This document shows, piece by piece, positions 13,444 through 26,500 of a DNA stretch of 64,000 nt (position 1 is its first letter; every line of letters begins with the position of its first letter). The notes below the pieces were generated by a model. That model had not been told where the DNA came from and did no database searches. It saw only the letters and a program-made list of their open reading frames with translations. Both the position numbers and the translations under genes were made by a program. Source of the stretch: Lingula anatina (lineage: Eukaryota; Animalia; Brachiopoda); the NCBI GenBank assembly GCA_051362555.1, contig JBPQGU010000016.1, forward strand, positions 5,890,001 to 5,954,000. Direction: 5' to 3'.

Positions 13444-15225
13444 GTGAGTACAAAATACCCAGTGATGCAATTATCACATCTAAATGAGATATTTACAAAT
13501 CCATGGGTTTGATTAATTAAATGATGAATATCACACCTTCAGAAGAACCCTCACTCTACCTGATTGGATTTCCCTTTACAGATTGTTTCAAGCAGGGATA
13601 TCATGAGTTAAAGTAGCCAATTCAGAGGATTATCCCGGATTAATTTATCTCTGATTAACGCCACTATTCCCCCCAGTGGTGGCCCAACTTAAATCCTATC
13701 AACAAAGCTTCACCATCAACATTAACAACAGCAGGGGCTTACTTTATAAGATTAATATAAATATTGCCCAAATATTTTATAATTGGGCCAAGTTGAAGGT
13801 ATGTAACATTTTGCCACCACCTGGTGCAAATAAATAAATAAATAGTGTTACTGAGCCATAATGTGATGCACAATTTTAATAGCAGAAACCAATCACTCAT
13901 TAGTTTTAATTTTGACCTGATCAAATGTTTTTATTGTGCAGGCATCCTTTCCAAAGATTAAATTATAAAATGTAGATGGTGTGAAATGTTTCTTAACAAC
14001 TTGTTTCTAAACAACAAATGAAGCTGTTTAAAAGATCACTCATCCTAAGAGCACACAGACACAGAGTGTGCTTCTAGTGTTTCTTTCCATTCTAAATGTA
14101 CAGAAAAAACATTTTCCACTGAATGTGATAGAAAATGATAGGGAAATAAGATAAGACAAAACAACATATCCTTAAAAATAGCTGCATTGAATTTATTGGT
14201 TCATTTGTGTGATTGTTGGTCAAAAATTAGATGACTCTGAGTTTGAACTATCTGAAAAGTGGTCAGTATGATGAAAATGAATTGGTTTTCTCTGCAGACA
14301 CTGGTCCCCAAGGGTGAGAGTCACTTAACTGTTAAAAAGGGAATATTACTTTTAACAAATGATACTTGACAACTTCTTCCCAGTGCACCAAGGCACACTT
14401 TTCTTCTTGAACCTTGGTCAAATGGAGCATGTTGTCATTATTTGATTTAGGAAAAAAGCTCCCTCTCCGACATCAGCCTGTCACTAGTCCCTGTCTGTGC
14501 CTGGTGTAAGAACCATTTGAACATTCTCCTCTTCACCCTCTCCCATCTCGTCTCCAGCCCCGGCTTTCCGCCATATATCTGGTGTCATCTTTTTTGTCCT
14601 TGATGGGAACTCATTTATTTCTTTGTACATCTGATGGTGGGACTTTAAAACAATATTTTTTTTTAAGTTATGGGTATTAAGATTTTAATTATAAGCAAAA
14701 AATATGAGTGATTTTAGAACTAAAATTGTGGGATTTGACCATTAACAAATAGAAAAAAGTCCAAAGTGTAGTAGCTAAAAAGTGTTGTAATTGCTTCTGA
14801 AAGGAGGAGAACTTTTTGGTACCTTGAAATAGCTTTCAGAATTTATGACTGGCGTTTATTTTGTCTGGAGTAGTGTCTTTTTGACTTGTTTTAATTAAAC
14901 TATGATTGAACAGTTTAAAGAGGAAACGGTTAGTGTGGTTTATAGATTATTGGCCTTCTTCTTTGCCGTATTTATGGTAGCAAGAATTAGCAGGTTATAG
15001 ATTAACCTTGAGGTGGATGCCAAGTTTATTTATTTCAGAGATTACTCTTGATAATTAGCAACTGCTTTTCAAAGTAAGTGGAGGGAAAGATGCTGATTAG
15101 CTGAAGAAAAATATTTATCCTCTCCAGCCTTTCCTGTATTTCCTAATTAGATCGGTCACGTCTGCAAGCTAATTGGTTGCCCGGTCTGAACTCCAATAGA
15201 AATCTGCAACATTTCTGTAGAGAGA

Positions 15226-15407
15226 GTGAACCTCGCGGTGGGTACGTGCGTGCATGTGTGTGTGATAAAGGTGGCAATAACCAGCTTAGGAAGCTGGGGA
15301 GCTTTTGGGGGGTGAGGTGAACCTCGCGGTGGGTACGTGCGTGCATGTGTGTGTGATAAAGGTGGCAATAACCAGCTTAGGAAGCTGGGGAGCTTTTGGG
15401 GGGTGAG
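15226..15407. repeat. Perfect 91-bp tandem duplication in a Meis intron
   Basis: gtgaacctcgcggtggg...gggtgag identical at 15226 and 15317. Confidence 0.95.
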
Positions 15408-16508
15408 GTATGTGTGTACGTGAGCACGTCGTTGCACCGTGTGTAGAAATGGCGACGACTCCTGACCTGGCCTGACCAAGCAGGATTTGTTTAGTGACTC
15501 AACTAGTCCTGATCCGTTACAAAGTACACAAGTCCCTTGGATATTTTATCAGCGCTGGAGGATTAGCGAGTAAAGACAGCCTATGTGATGTATTGACTTA
15601 AGCGCGGATTGGAGGTTGGGCTGCTAGTAGAGAGAAAAGCTGATTATGTTGATCAGCCAGCGCAGTTTTAAAAATATCTCAGGTGTAAGATGCACTGTGC
15701 AGTTGGATCTTCCTTACTAGCACCAAAAGTCTAATTCAATCAGACCCTCACTTAGTCCAAAAACGTATTAGCTAGAGGAGAAAAAGAGATGAATGTGCAA
15801 GCTATGTGAAAGCCATTATGGATAGGGCTAATAGAAAAATGCTGTTTTCTGCAGTGCTACGAGTTTTGTGTTTTACTGTTCATTCTGCCAGAACCCATTA
15901 TTTGCAATAATAATCTGAGCGCAGTCTGATGAGAAGTCATCAAGACCAAGACAGGAAAGATTTTATTGCACAAAAAAATACACCAATTTTCTCCAAAGTA
16001 ATCAGAGACCCTGTGAGTTTTGTGGGGAAACTACGGAAAAACAAAGAACACACAGAAATTAGAGCCATTTTCCTTTGAATTGGAACATAAAGTTTTACTT
16101 TAGCGAGCAAAGTAATTTCAAGCTACGGTTAATGAGGGAGGGACAACAAATGTGCAAGTTGTTGAGAGAAATTGCTTGCTTTTAACATTCATTGTCTTTC
16201 ACACTGAAATTTAATGTCTGCAACCTTTCTACATGCAAATGCAATTTAGCAATAAATATGCTAGCTGGCAAAATATCATTTTCTGCAAATCACTTGCTAG
16301 TCTGCCGATTCATCCATTTTTCATCTCCAATTTATTAGATTGGGAATCCTTTGTAAGCCTCATTGACATTTTGAAATTCATGCTTTTCTACACTGACAAC
16401 CATTATGCAGAATCTGAAACATCTTTGTTGCTAGTAGTTTACAGGTTGGGTGTCTCTCTAGAATTCTACTATGTCACACTAGGCCATTGTGTGTACTAAA
16501 ATCATTGT

Positions 16509-16514
16509 GACACA

Positions 16515-16547
<33 letters not shown>

Positions 16548-16564
16548 GTGCACACGCACACACA
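16509..16564. repeat. imperfect (AC)n microsatellite
   Basis: directly visible. Confidence 0.9.
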
Positions 16565-19288
16565 GACATACAGTTTTGACTTCTGAAGGTAATTTGTGTA
16601 CAAATATTTCAAAGAGGATTTCGATTGAACAAACTGACATCAATCCTTGACTCTCCATAAAGCCCGTCTCTTCCACTTCTCTGTCCATCTCTCTTTTTTT
16701 ACATGCCCATACGTGCATGCGCCGTGTGCACTCTTAGCCACATTTACTCACACAGTAGGGACTGTGTGTGTTCAGTGACTTGCTGCAGGTTTGGAAGAAA
16801 CAATTTGGATTTGAATTAAATTTGGAAACTGAAAATTTGTGAAGGGAAGGGTTGTAAATAAACACTGATTTAGGGAAAAATGTAGTGATTCCAGTTTTCA
16901 ACTCTTTTTTTTTCTTATAGTGATAAATCTACAATTAATATCTATAGATCAGTTTTCTTCTTAATTGCATGTAGAAAATAGTGCCAAATGGGGAGAGAAA
17001 AAACAAAAAACATCTGACAAGTTGAAAAATCTGTTTAAAGTTTAGATAAACAATTTTATTGGACTTTGGGTAGCATAGGTTTCAGGTTTGCTTGATTGAC
17101 ATGCGGTCTTATCTCCATATGGGTTCAACTGATTATCCACAACCTAAACAAACGTGGAGTAACAGTTTAATGGACAGAGGCAGGACTGCCACACCAGTTC
17201 ACTTGTCTTACCACCAAACACCTTCATCTCCTCTTTAATTTCTATAATAGGTCTTTTTAAGTTTTGCCTCTTCCAATTCTTTCAATACATCATCATCATC
17301 TTTTTCCCAGACATTAATAATCCATTGTTTGCCCAGTCCAGCGTAATTGAGAGGAGTGAAGTGGCCAAGATTTGACCAGAAGTCAATTCTAATTAAGTCA
17401 AGACTATAAACACAGCGGCCCAAGTGTTAGGCTACAGAGAGCCATTAGTTGCACTGCTATCTCCGCTGTCACCCAGATATACACACACGCGGTGACATTG
17501 TTTACTCAGAACTTCTGTGAGGTGTCAGGCGAGACTGAAATTGATGCCATGTTGAAAATGTTGCAGTCTTAGGCTGTGTAACAATAGATTATGATCAAAA
17601 TACTTTAGGGTAGTACAACAGGTGATTTTTTTGAAGTGTTCATTTTTTGGCAAATTTATAGGGATTCTTTGAGATAGAAACAGGTTCAGAGAGGAAATTT
17701 TGAGCAACAGAAAAAGATGGAGGGAGTGAAATAGACAGAAGAAATGAAAACCCATTTATAAATATCAAACAAAAGTAGAAGTCATAAAGCACCCTATTGA
17801 TATCGGGGTGGTCGACTTAAACGGCACAGGGGGAAATTGTTCCTAGTTGTACTGCCAATTTTCTTCAAAAAATCAGAGGACAAACATTTAAGGAATTTAA
17901 ATTGATACCATCCCAGCACAATATGGCTGGCCTTTAAAGCAGCAGGTTGGACCATGCAGGGGCTTTGATCGCGCACCTAGAGAAGCAGCATTCAACTGCG
18001 TTTACAAGCCAAACGATCTCAGAAATAATGGCAGAGCCGAGAGAAGCGGATGTTTGAATGCTGTATCTCCCCAGTGGTGTGGGGCACACGCTGGTCGAGG
18101 TTTGAATACATTTACCAGGTGATCTGGGTTGGAGTCAAATTAAACCCAGAGCTGGATGACGGACTTCAATACCTGCTGATCTCTCTAGGTTGATTCAGTA
18201 ACTGGCCCTCCTTACACACCTCACATCTCACGTGTTGTACATACAATATATAGATATTTTTATGCCAAGGATACTGTCATTTGGCAAAAAGAATAAAACA
18301 TTTCAGCAATAAATTATTTTCTCTTTTATCTCCTTTACTTGATTTTTTTCCACCTCCAACAACAAAGGTCATTATGAACAAAACTTGTCATCCTGATGAA
18401 TAAAAATTTGCAGCCCAAAAATTTATGATGCTTCTTTTGTTATGGAGCAGTGTTTTATTTGTGCAGATTTTACTTCAATACTACACATTTAGGCCAGTCT
18501 TTCTGAGTGAAAAAAAAAAAACGCCAAAGACAAAAAAATAAAAAATTTTAAGAAAACCTGGCGATGCTCTCTGGTGCCGCCCTTACTGTTCCCAGTATGT
18601 GACAGAGTTCTGAATCAATGGCCGCCACAGGTCCCCACACCCAGCTGTACTCAACCAAAATTGAAGCAGACGTTTAGTGTGGTTTCATGCTGTATCCTTG
18701 TTACGGAAAAATAAATGAGTAGCACCCAGTACAAAAATATCGGAATTTATGAAACGGAGTCCTGCTGAGTGAATATGTATCATATTAAAAATTGAAGGAG
18801 GAGTTGCTGTTTGAGAGGAAGAAGAATGTCCCGTGTCAGTTTGGAAATGTCAGATTTTTAGACTGCCTAGATTGGAATGGAAGTTTGAATTGAAATGAAT
18901 CTATTTGTTAAAAAGTTTCAATTTTTAAATTATTTTTGAGCATGATTGAAATAAAATCATTTGAAGAAAAAATTAGAGTTAAAGTCAAGAGATCAAAACT
19001 GGAATGAAAAATATTTTGTATGTAACCACATAAAATCTTCACATGGATAATTGTTTCTTTAAATGTCATTCATTTTTTTATTTTGTTTGGTTCTGAAAGA
19101 ACTTCCAGTTTTTATAACAGTATAACATTTTTTCAGTATAGCAAATATTTAATTTAAAAAAAACAGTACTGTGAAAATTGAGTACAGGTTACCAAATTTT
19201 AACAGTTAAGCCTAAAAACTGAATTGTGATTTTGTGTAGCAATTTGACATTAAGCCAAAAAAGTAACTCAAATTTTAATTTGTTTTAG

Positions 19289-19365
19289 CATCCATATCCC
19301 TCAGAAGAACAGAAGAAACAATTAGCTCAAGATACTGGGTTGACAATACTACAAGTAAATAACTG
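19289..19365 (+). CDS. Meis: Meis/homothorax exon: TALE loop to helix 3
   Basis: ttttag acceptor, TG|gtaag donor; HPYPSEEQKKQLAQDTGLTILQVNN(W); phase 0 to 2. Confidence 0.97.
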
Positions 19366-22300
19366 GTAAGTCTGAAAATTTATTTTCAGTTACAATTTAA
19401 GAAGACTAAACATACTTAAGGGATCAAAGAAAAAGGTAGAGAAACAAGAAAATTTCTCTGATGAGCAAACATTTCAAGGCAGCTGAGATTAGTCTTTTTC
19501 ATGGGAAACCATGAAAGTTGCCGACATTCAATTTACATGGGTCAGTAAAATGGGCTACAAACAAATTACAACCTGCATCTGTTTGTGTCGGCTGTTTTTT
19601 TGGAAGCAGTACCAATCAAGCAATTACAATGAGGGGGTCTGTTTAGCTCCTGGGGTGTCCATTTCTATCCCCTTAATTTTGTGTATCTCCATGCTACTCT
19701 TTGTTGGAAGGAGAGAGAAAAGTCTGGCCCTTAGTTTTGCTGTCTTTCTCCATCATGCGGTTGGTTGCCTCTGTCAGCTATGTTGTCTCCTTGTCAAGAC
19801 CGACAATGCAGCTAAATGTTTTGGGATGTACAGTATGACAAGCCATCAGATCGGCAACATTTCTTCTTTGATGTGCGGCATGTGCGGTACACGGGCAACT
19901 GACAAGTACGTGCAATGCTTGGACAGATTTTGTTGATTTATATTATATCATCTGTTACTCTGATGCTGGATTAGACCCAATGCCTGTGACAGCAGCCTCC
20001 TAATGCCTGTGACATTGATGGGCCTTGTTGTGTGGATTATATACTGGTTAATTAAGGCCCTGTTTTGTCAGCTTTGACAGTACTTCTGGAGGTTTAGAGT
20101 TATGGTTGAAAATTTATCGACTTGACTCCTTTGTTAGGTAGTTGACAATTGTAATAAATACTAATGGCAGTATTGATGGTTGAAACGCTATCAACTATAA
20201 GCAAAGGAAACAAATTTCACCTGGTTAATATCACATTAGGTCAAAATCAAAAAGTCATGTCTGACAAGTTTTTTTTCCTTTTTCCCACCCTTTCATTGTT
20301 TACTAGAAGACAGAATAAATCTTGGATATTTTTAGCCTGAGTTACAAATTTAATTCTTTAACATGGTGAAGATTTGTGACAGTTCTTTCACACCTTCTGC
20401 ACATCTCCCGTGATATGTCTGCTTGCTTTACCGGCTGGCATTGTTTTAGAATATAATGGCAGAGCTGTTTATAAATTCACTAAAACAAACACCATGGGGA
20501 AAGCGCTTCTTGTGATCCATTATTTCGCTGATTGAACTTGACAAGGCTACATTTGATCGGAATACTTTCCCGACTTTTTCCCTCTGTGCTCCACACACGG
20601 CCGACCACCTCCCCCTGCCCGCTGTATAGAAACATGCAATTTGTACATCTCCTTTCTCTTGAAAGACCAAGATTAATCAGAAATTTCCATGACACATAAA
20701 AGAAAAAATAAATTACAAAGCCTACAGAGCATACAACTCGCTAAATTACATAGTTAGATTACACTATCAAAATTGGTAAGGGATTTTGAGAAACAGTATT
20801 GCAAGGGTAAATGCAATTTTTCAGGCGGAATTTTTTTAATGAAATTGATCGGAAGATCCCGTGGCATTGCAAATTAATGTCTAGATCTTGCAAATCATTC
20901 AGCAACCAGCTATTCCCATTTACTACTCTCAGAATACCAGATAATATTTTTTCACAGCTAATCTGTAAATTTTCCATTTATATTTATAAATACATATAAA
21001 TGTTCACTTTTTACACAAATGACCTTTCTTTGCCCACATTTTTAGATGGGAAAAGTTTGGGCCGACATGTGGAAAAATCAAACTCTATTTTATGGTTCTC
21101 ACCTTGTGCTAAAAACAATGGTTTTTATGGAGGCCATTAGCCTAATACCCACACATCTGCAGCGGCTTGTTAATTGCCTTTTGTCATGACATCGCTATGT
21201 ATTGTGCTCAAAACAATAATACATGACCAATGTGGACAGATCTTGTTAAATGCTTCATTGTTGTTCATTCATTTATTTACTTTTTGCACCCAAGGTTCCA
21301 AACCCATTTATCTATTAACTTAATTGCACACGATAGAAGCATGATTTATATATAAAAGAGCAGTTAGGACAATAGCACACCGTTAACTTTATCCAAGCTA
21401 CCTTCACATCAGGTACTTTGTGTTATAACGATTATTTTATCTTGGTCTTTTTTTTTTTTTTTTGGTCAATGGAGAAAATGGAAATAAATGTCATCATACA
21501 TCTATTTTATCTTTAAGTAATCAGGACCACATTTTATCTTGTCAAAGAACAGGTTGAACTCAATATCATTACCATTGTCAAGTTTTCCCTGTTTTTCCTT
21601 CACCTGCTTCATGGGGGGATTTTATTATATTTTTTTTTTTTTTCAAAAAAAATGTTTAGTTGATGTCAAACTGGAGGCTGAATGACTCCCGTTACGTATC
21701 TGTTTACCTGTAGTTAATCAGGTATTCATTTGTTAAGTGTGTAAAAGAGCAGTTAAGACTGCTGTCTCATTAGCATTGTCTCTGTCACCTGTCAAAGACG
21801 GCCACAATGGCTCACTACACCCGTTGCACTCAATTGGCTCTTTGTCCGGGGACCCAGCGTCCTCTCGCCCACAAAGGGCTGGGAAGGAGGACCCTGTCAT
21901 TATAGCCCAGAGCACATAGAGGATGCGGTGTCTTGTCGTCTCCGCTGTCTCCTCGTACAGTTACCTGTGTAGGCTAATTTAGCAAAGGATGATTACCTCT
22001 GAATGGAGAAGTCAAAGATCAAAAGGCACCGGTAAGACACCTGACACCCGTGATCAGGCCAATAATTGCAACTTTAACCCAGTCAGTTTTGTTTAGGGTA
22101 CAGACACTATTTATCTCCCATCTTCAGTCTGCAGCTCTAATCCACTAAACTTTGGGTCCCTACCAGAGGCAGGTATTGTGTGGAAAAATACAGAGACGAT
22201 ATGGTCTGTAACTGCCAACAAGAAGAAGGTGCTCATGTTTGATTTTTGCCAAAAGGAAAGTCAGTGAAGCGTACCTTACCTTGCACGCGAGGTTGTAATT

Positions 22301-23545
22301 ATGCATTATGCGCTGAAAGGAGTTGACGTTTATGCTGTATGAATGCATTGTACGCGACGCAGTGATTTTCAGGCCTTCACCACTCACCAAATGACATGGG
22401 GAGAGAGAGCCTTTTCATCTTTCATAGCAACATCTGAACATTATGGGAAAGCACAATGCTTGGTAACAATGGTACAAGTGGCATGATGATGACTGCCGGC
22501 GCACTCTGGAGGCTGCCGATGACTTGGGACATGAAACCAGTGCCAACTAGAAGTTCATGTTTATACATGTGACTGGGAAATTTTCAGTGTACTTGCTAAC
22601 ACTCTTTTAAAAAAAGTTTTCAAGTTTTTAAAAATGTGTGTTTGTATGAGTGCGTTGTAAGCAGGTATTTTATATGCCTCTTGTATGCGTCATGACATCA
22701 TGAAGAGTCCTTTATCATTCTGTACTGCGTCACTTCACTATACAACACAAAACAGTTTTTGGTTTTTCTCTTGACTCGGATGCGTGGAAACATAATTAGG
22801 CCTCAGTGGAAATCAAATGGAGTAATATTACTACTTTGCCCAAAACATCATTATTTTCCTTGAGTAGCAGACACAGAACGACCATATACTTGTCCGGACT
22901 TACTGCCTATGTGATCTTATTAGTAATGATTGTTAAATGAAATGTGTGCAAAATGCAGTCACGGTGTCTCAGCATCTCTCTCTTATTAGTGTCTGAGGAA
23001 TTTAGTCGATGTATTTTTTACTGACAAACTAATAAAAGCCCCTTCCTCTTTCCCAGAATGCGTCGATAAAAGCTCAGCATTAATTAGAAGAAAAACCAGA
23101 TTAGAATTGGATGATTTAGGTGGATTTCAGCCCAGGTAATCAGGTTAGTTGTGGTTCATGGACAGTGGTATTTATTAATTGGGCCCTAATAGAGGAGGGG
23201 GGGACAGCGCCATCTCCCCTAGGTAGCGAGGTGTATGTTAACCACGCACTCCACTTGGGGAGTGTTGATGCTGATTTGGTGAAGCAGTCAGTTGTGGCAG
23301 AGCGATAGCCTTCGCCCCTCCGCTGCACCTTTCAGACGCCTTGGCAGCGGGACTCCAGGTTGGATTTCCTTACCTTGGCCAGAAGCTACTTAGTTTGCTA
23401 ACTTTAGGGTTGTAACAGAATCTGGTGAATGGAGGACCTATGGGCCAGACTGTCTGTATCACCCCAGTGGTGTACAGACAGGTGAAAGCCGCTGTGATTA
23501 CCTCTACCTCTGGTAATAGGGCCATTGGCGTAGGGAAGAAAGATT

Positions 23546-23548
<3 letters not shown>

Positions 23549-23578
<30 letters not shown>
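23549..23578. repeat. G30 homopolymer
   Basis: directly visible. Confidence 0.9.
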
Positions 23579-23579
<1 letters not shown>

Positions 23580-26500
23580 GAACACCCTTCATCAACCTTA
23601 ATTGCCCTCCTACCTTCAGTGTAGCACTGTACCTGTGTTATCTGTGAACACTAAGACTGCAGGAGGCAGTGGGAGTAGATAACAAACATTTAAGCACAGA
23701 TTTGCAGGTGTTTACTTTGACTTGCTCCCCCTTCCCCCCTTGCCTGTGTCTTCACTAGCAGGAGACTGATATTGAAGTCAGCTACATGACAGCATGGCAA
23801 AAGAGCACATGACAAGGAGTCTGCACTGCTACCCCCTGGTGACAATGAGGAGAACTACTATTGAAGTTTCTGGATGCTCTTACTTCCCTTGAGGAAAAAA
23901 TGTATATTTAAATTTGAATCATCTTTGACATTTGTGTTTTAAAGATACTAGTCGTTACTTGTCTAGATTAGTAGATAAATATCAACTGAGGGAATAGAAG
24001 TGAAAAATAGTAACTAGCAGTGAAAAATATGACAATCTATGCATATGATCATTTTTTAACAAAGTGCAAAAGGTTGTCAGCATCAATTTACTAGGATTTA
24101 ATTCTTGATTATTAAAAGTGTAGATTTTCCCATGGATGAAATGAGATATCTGTAATAAACATTCCACAGACAGAGGATAGGAATAGCTTTTATTAGCAAC
24201 TTTCCCCCCTTTTTTATACGGCCAAATTAGTTAATTAAAAATCACAATCTTGGTAGTAATTTCTAGGGTGAGTTGTACCAGATTCTTCTGTCACAATGGC
24301 AGAGTGACACAGGAGAAGTGTGAGAACACTGTCACACTAATGGATGGCTTATTACCATGGGGTGGGTCATTTGACATTATTTGCTTTTGTCCTGAGTTAG
24401 GTAGATTGTGTTAAGTTAGATGTATTACAATTGTTGACACAGAGAGAAAAGTTTCTTAATGCAATGAAAGACTAGGGATAGCAGAAGAAATGGATGGAGA
24501 TAGAAAAAAAATATTGATATTGTTTTTTTTTCTTTTGCCTGTAGACAGAAACAGGTAATAACCTTTTGTTTGATTGTAGTGAAAAGAACCTGAGATGAAA
24601 GAAAAAAGAAGTTTTATTTTTTGTGCTTTTCTCATTAAAGCCATTCGATTAAGAAATGGTAAATGACCTCTGATAATGCATTTCCAAATCTGTTTTCAAT
24701 CCGGAATCCTGATTTTGGTCGACGTGAGTGGGGAAAAGTATGGGAGAGTTCACCAGATAGTTACAAGTTCAACTTAAGAGCTATTTCTGCACACTCAAAA
24801 AGCACCATTTTGCCAGCTGCACAACTCCTAGATTACATTTTAAGATTTTGAGCTCATGTATCCTGGACATAAACAATTCTGGAACCATAGCTCCTTGCCA
24901 AATAGTAAACTAATGGAGGTGCTGAAAACTCGTTACACTTCTCTGTTTAGGCTTGGATAAAAGTTAAACCCTGTCTAAAGTTGTTGGTTTTTACTAAGGG
25001 TAGTTTTTTAGGCCAGTAGATTTCCTATTGCTATTAAACTGTTTAAAGCTGTTTGGGTTAACTCATTTGTTTACTTATTAGCTCCTAAGGGAATTCACCT
25101 GCTTCAATTGTACTCATTCTGTTTGTTTCTTGTTTTCTATCACCTGCTGTTTTAATGTACTGTATTGTCCTCTTAGGCTTTTCATCTTCCTTCCTTTCAT
25201 AAATGTAATTAGTTATTTAGTAAAAGGCTGAAGTGGTAGTAATACGTTGTCGTAGAGCAGTGGGAGCCTTTTGTTCTGTTAATTACTGTTGTACTTCATA
25301 ACTGCTTCTTATCACTTGATTACTATGCTGGAAGCCCACTTGAATAGTTTTGCCATGATTAGTGCCAGTCAAGGCTGTTACTCAACTTGATAAAACAAAG
25401 CTGTCCCTACAATGGACCTTTTTAACGCTAATGATCTGTGCTCACTTAAGGGTACGAAAAAGTTGAGGCAGCAGATTTTTTGTTAGACTTCCAAGTTGTC
25501 TTGATGTAGTTTTAATGATAGTCAAAGACTGATTGGGTTACATCTTACAGCTGGTCAGATGATAGAACACATGGAGGGGGTGGGGGTGGTAAGGAGGGTG
25601 GGGGGTGAGATAGCCAGGAGGGGACATGGAAGAAGGGAGGGTTGACAAGGAACTAAAAGTCCCAATAATCGGCACAACTGGCATTAATTGTCAACTCTAT
25701 TGGATGAACAGTTGCCGAGTCATTAATTAGATTCCATAAACTCCTCTGCGGAGACAGGCATGGACTGGTCTAACTGTCTGGGGACACTTGATAGTGAAGG
25801 AAGAAAATGATTCTGGATTATATTTTATAAAGTACAAGATAGGGTCCCCAGGATTTGATTATAAGTGATGAATTTTTTCAGTAATTTGCTTTGATGGGGG
25901 TTTGCTGCTCAGTAAGATCAAATAACTCAGCTGCGGCTTTGTTTCGCTGTCAGAAATAATATACATAGTAATTCAATCAAGCACTGGATCCAGTCACTGA
26001 AACCCATCTACTTTGGTCTCATTATGGCTTGATGGGCAAACCTCTTAGAACCCAGAAAATGTTGACCTCCTCCGATTGAATTAGTGCCTCATTGTTTTAA
26101 AGATGAGTTAGAAGCTTAGATGATGGATGAGCCCAGCCACCGAAGCCATGCAGTTCCCCAAATGCTCGAGTTACAGTTTAATGTTGTTTTCATTCCCTTA
26201 TCAAAATTTTGATTTTGGTTGCCTTGGAAACAGAGTAGTTTTCTGCTGCTCTCCAAGGACTGGATACTTGGAGAAGGACTGCTATTGTTTAAATAGAATT
26301 TGGGACAGATTTGCAGCATGATGAGCAGAAAGTGTTGTCTCTTGAAACTATTAAATCAGTAATGAAAGTTGTAAGCTTCACAAACGAATCACTAAAGAAA
26401 AGAATTGCACAAATAGGAGAAGGGGAGTCAGTAGCAGAAATGGAGATTTTGCATCCCAGAATATTACAGTGTTTAGTGTTGGCCAATTTGTAATTTATAA

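Noticed and set aside
19511-19936. 141-aa intronic ORF and the other 60-150-aa ORFs in Meis introns and UTR
   Set aside because: No recognisable domains or supporting splice structure; composition reflects AT-rich or microsatellite sequence.
23549-23578. Poly-Pro/poly-Gly ORFs at G/C homopolymers (also near 1442, 26660, 38732)
   Set aside because: They are translation artefacts of homopolymers whose lengths are also error-prone in sequencing.
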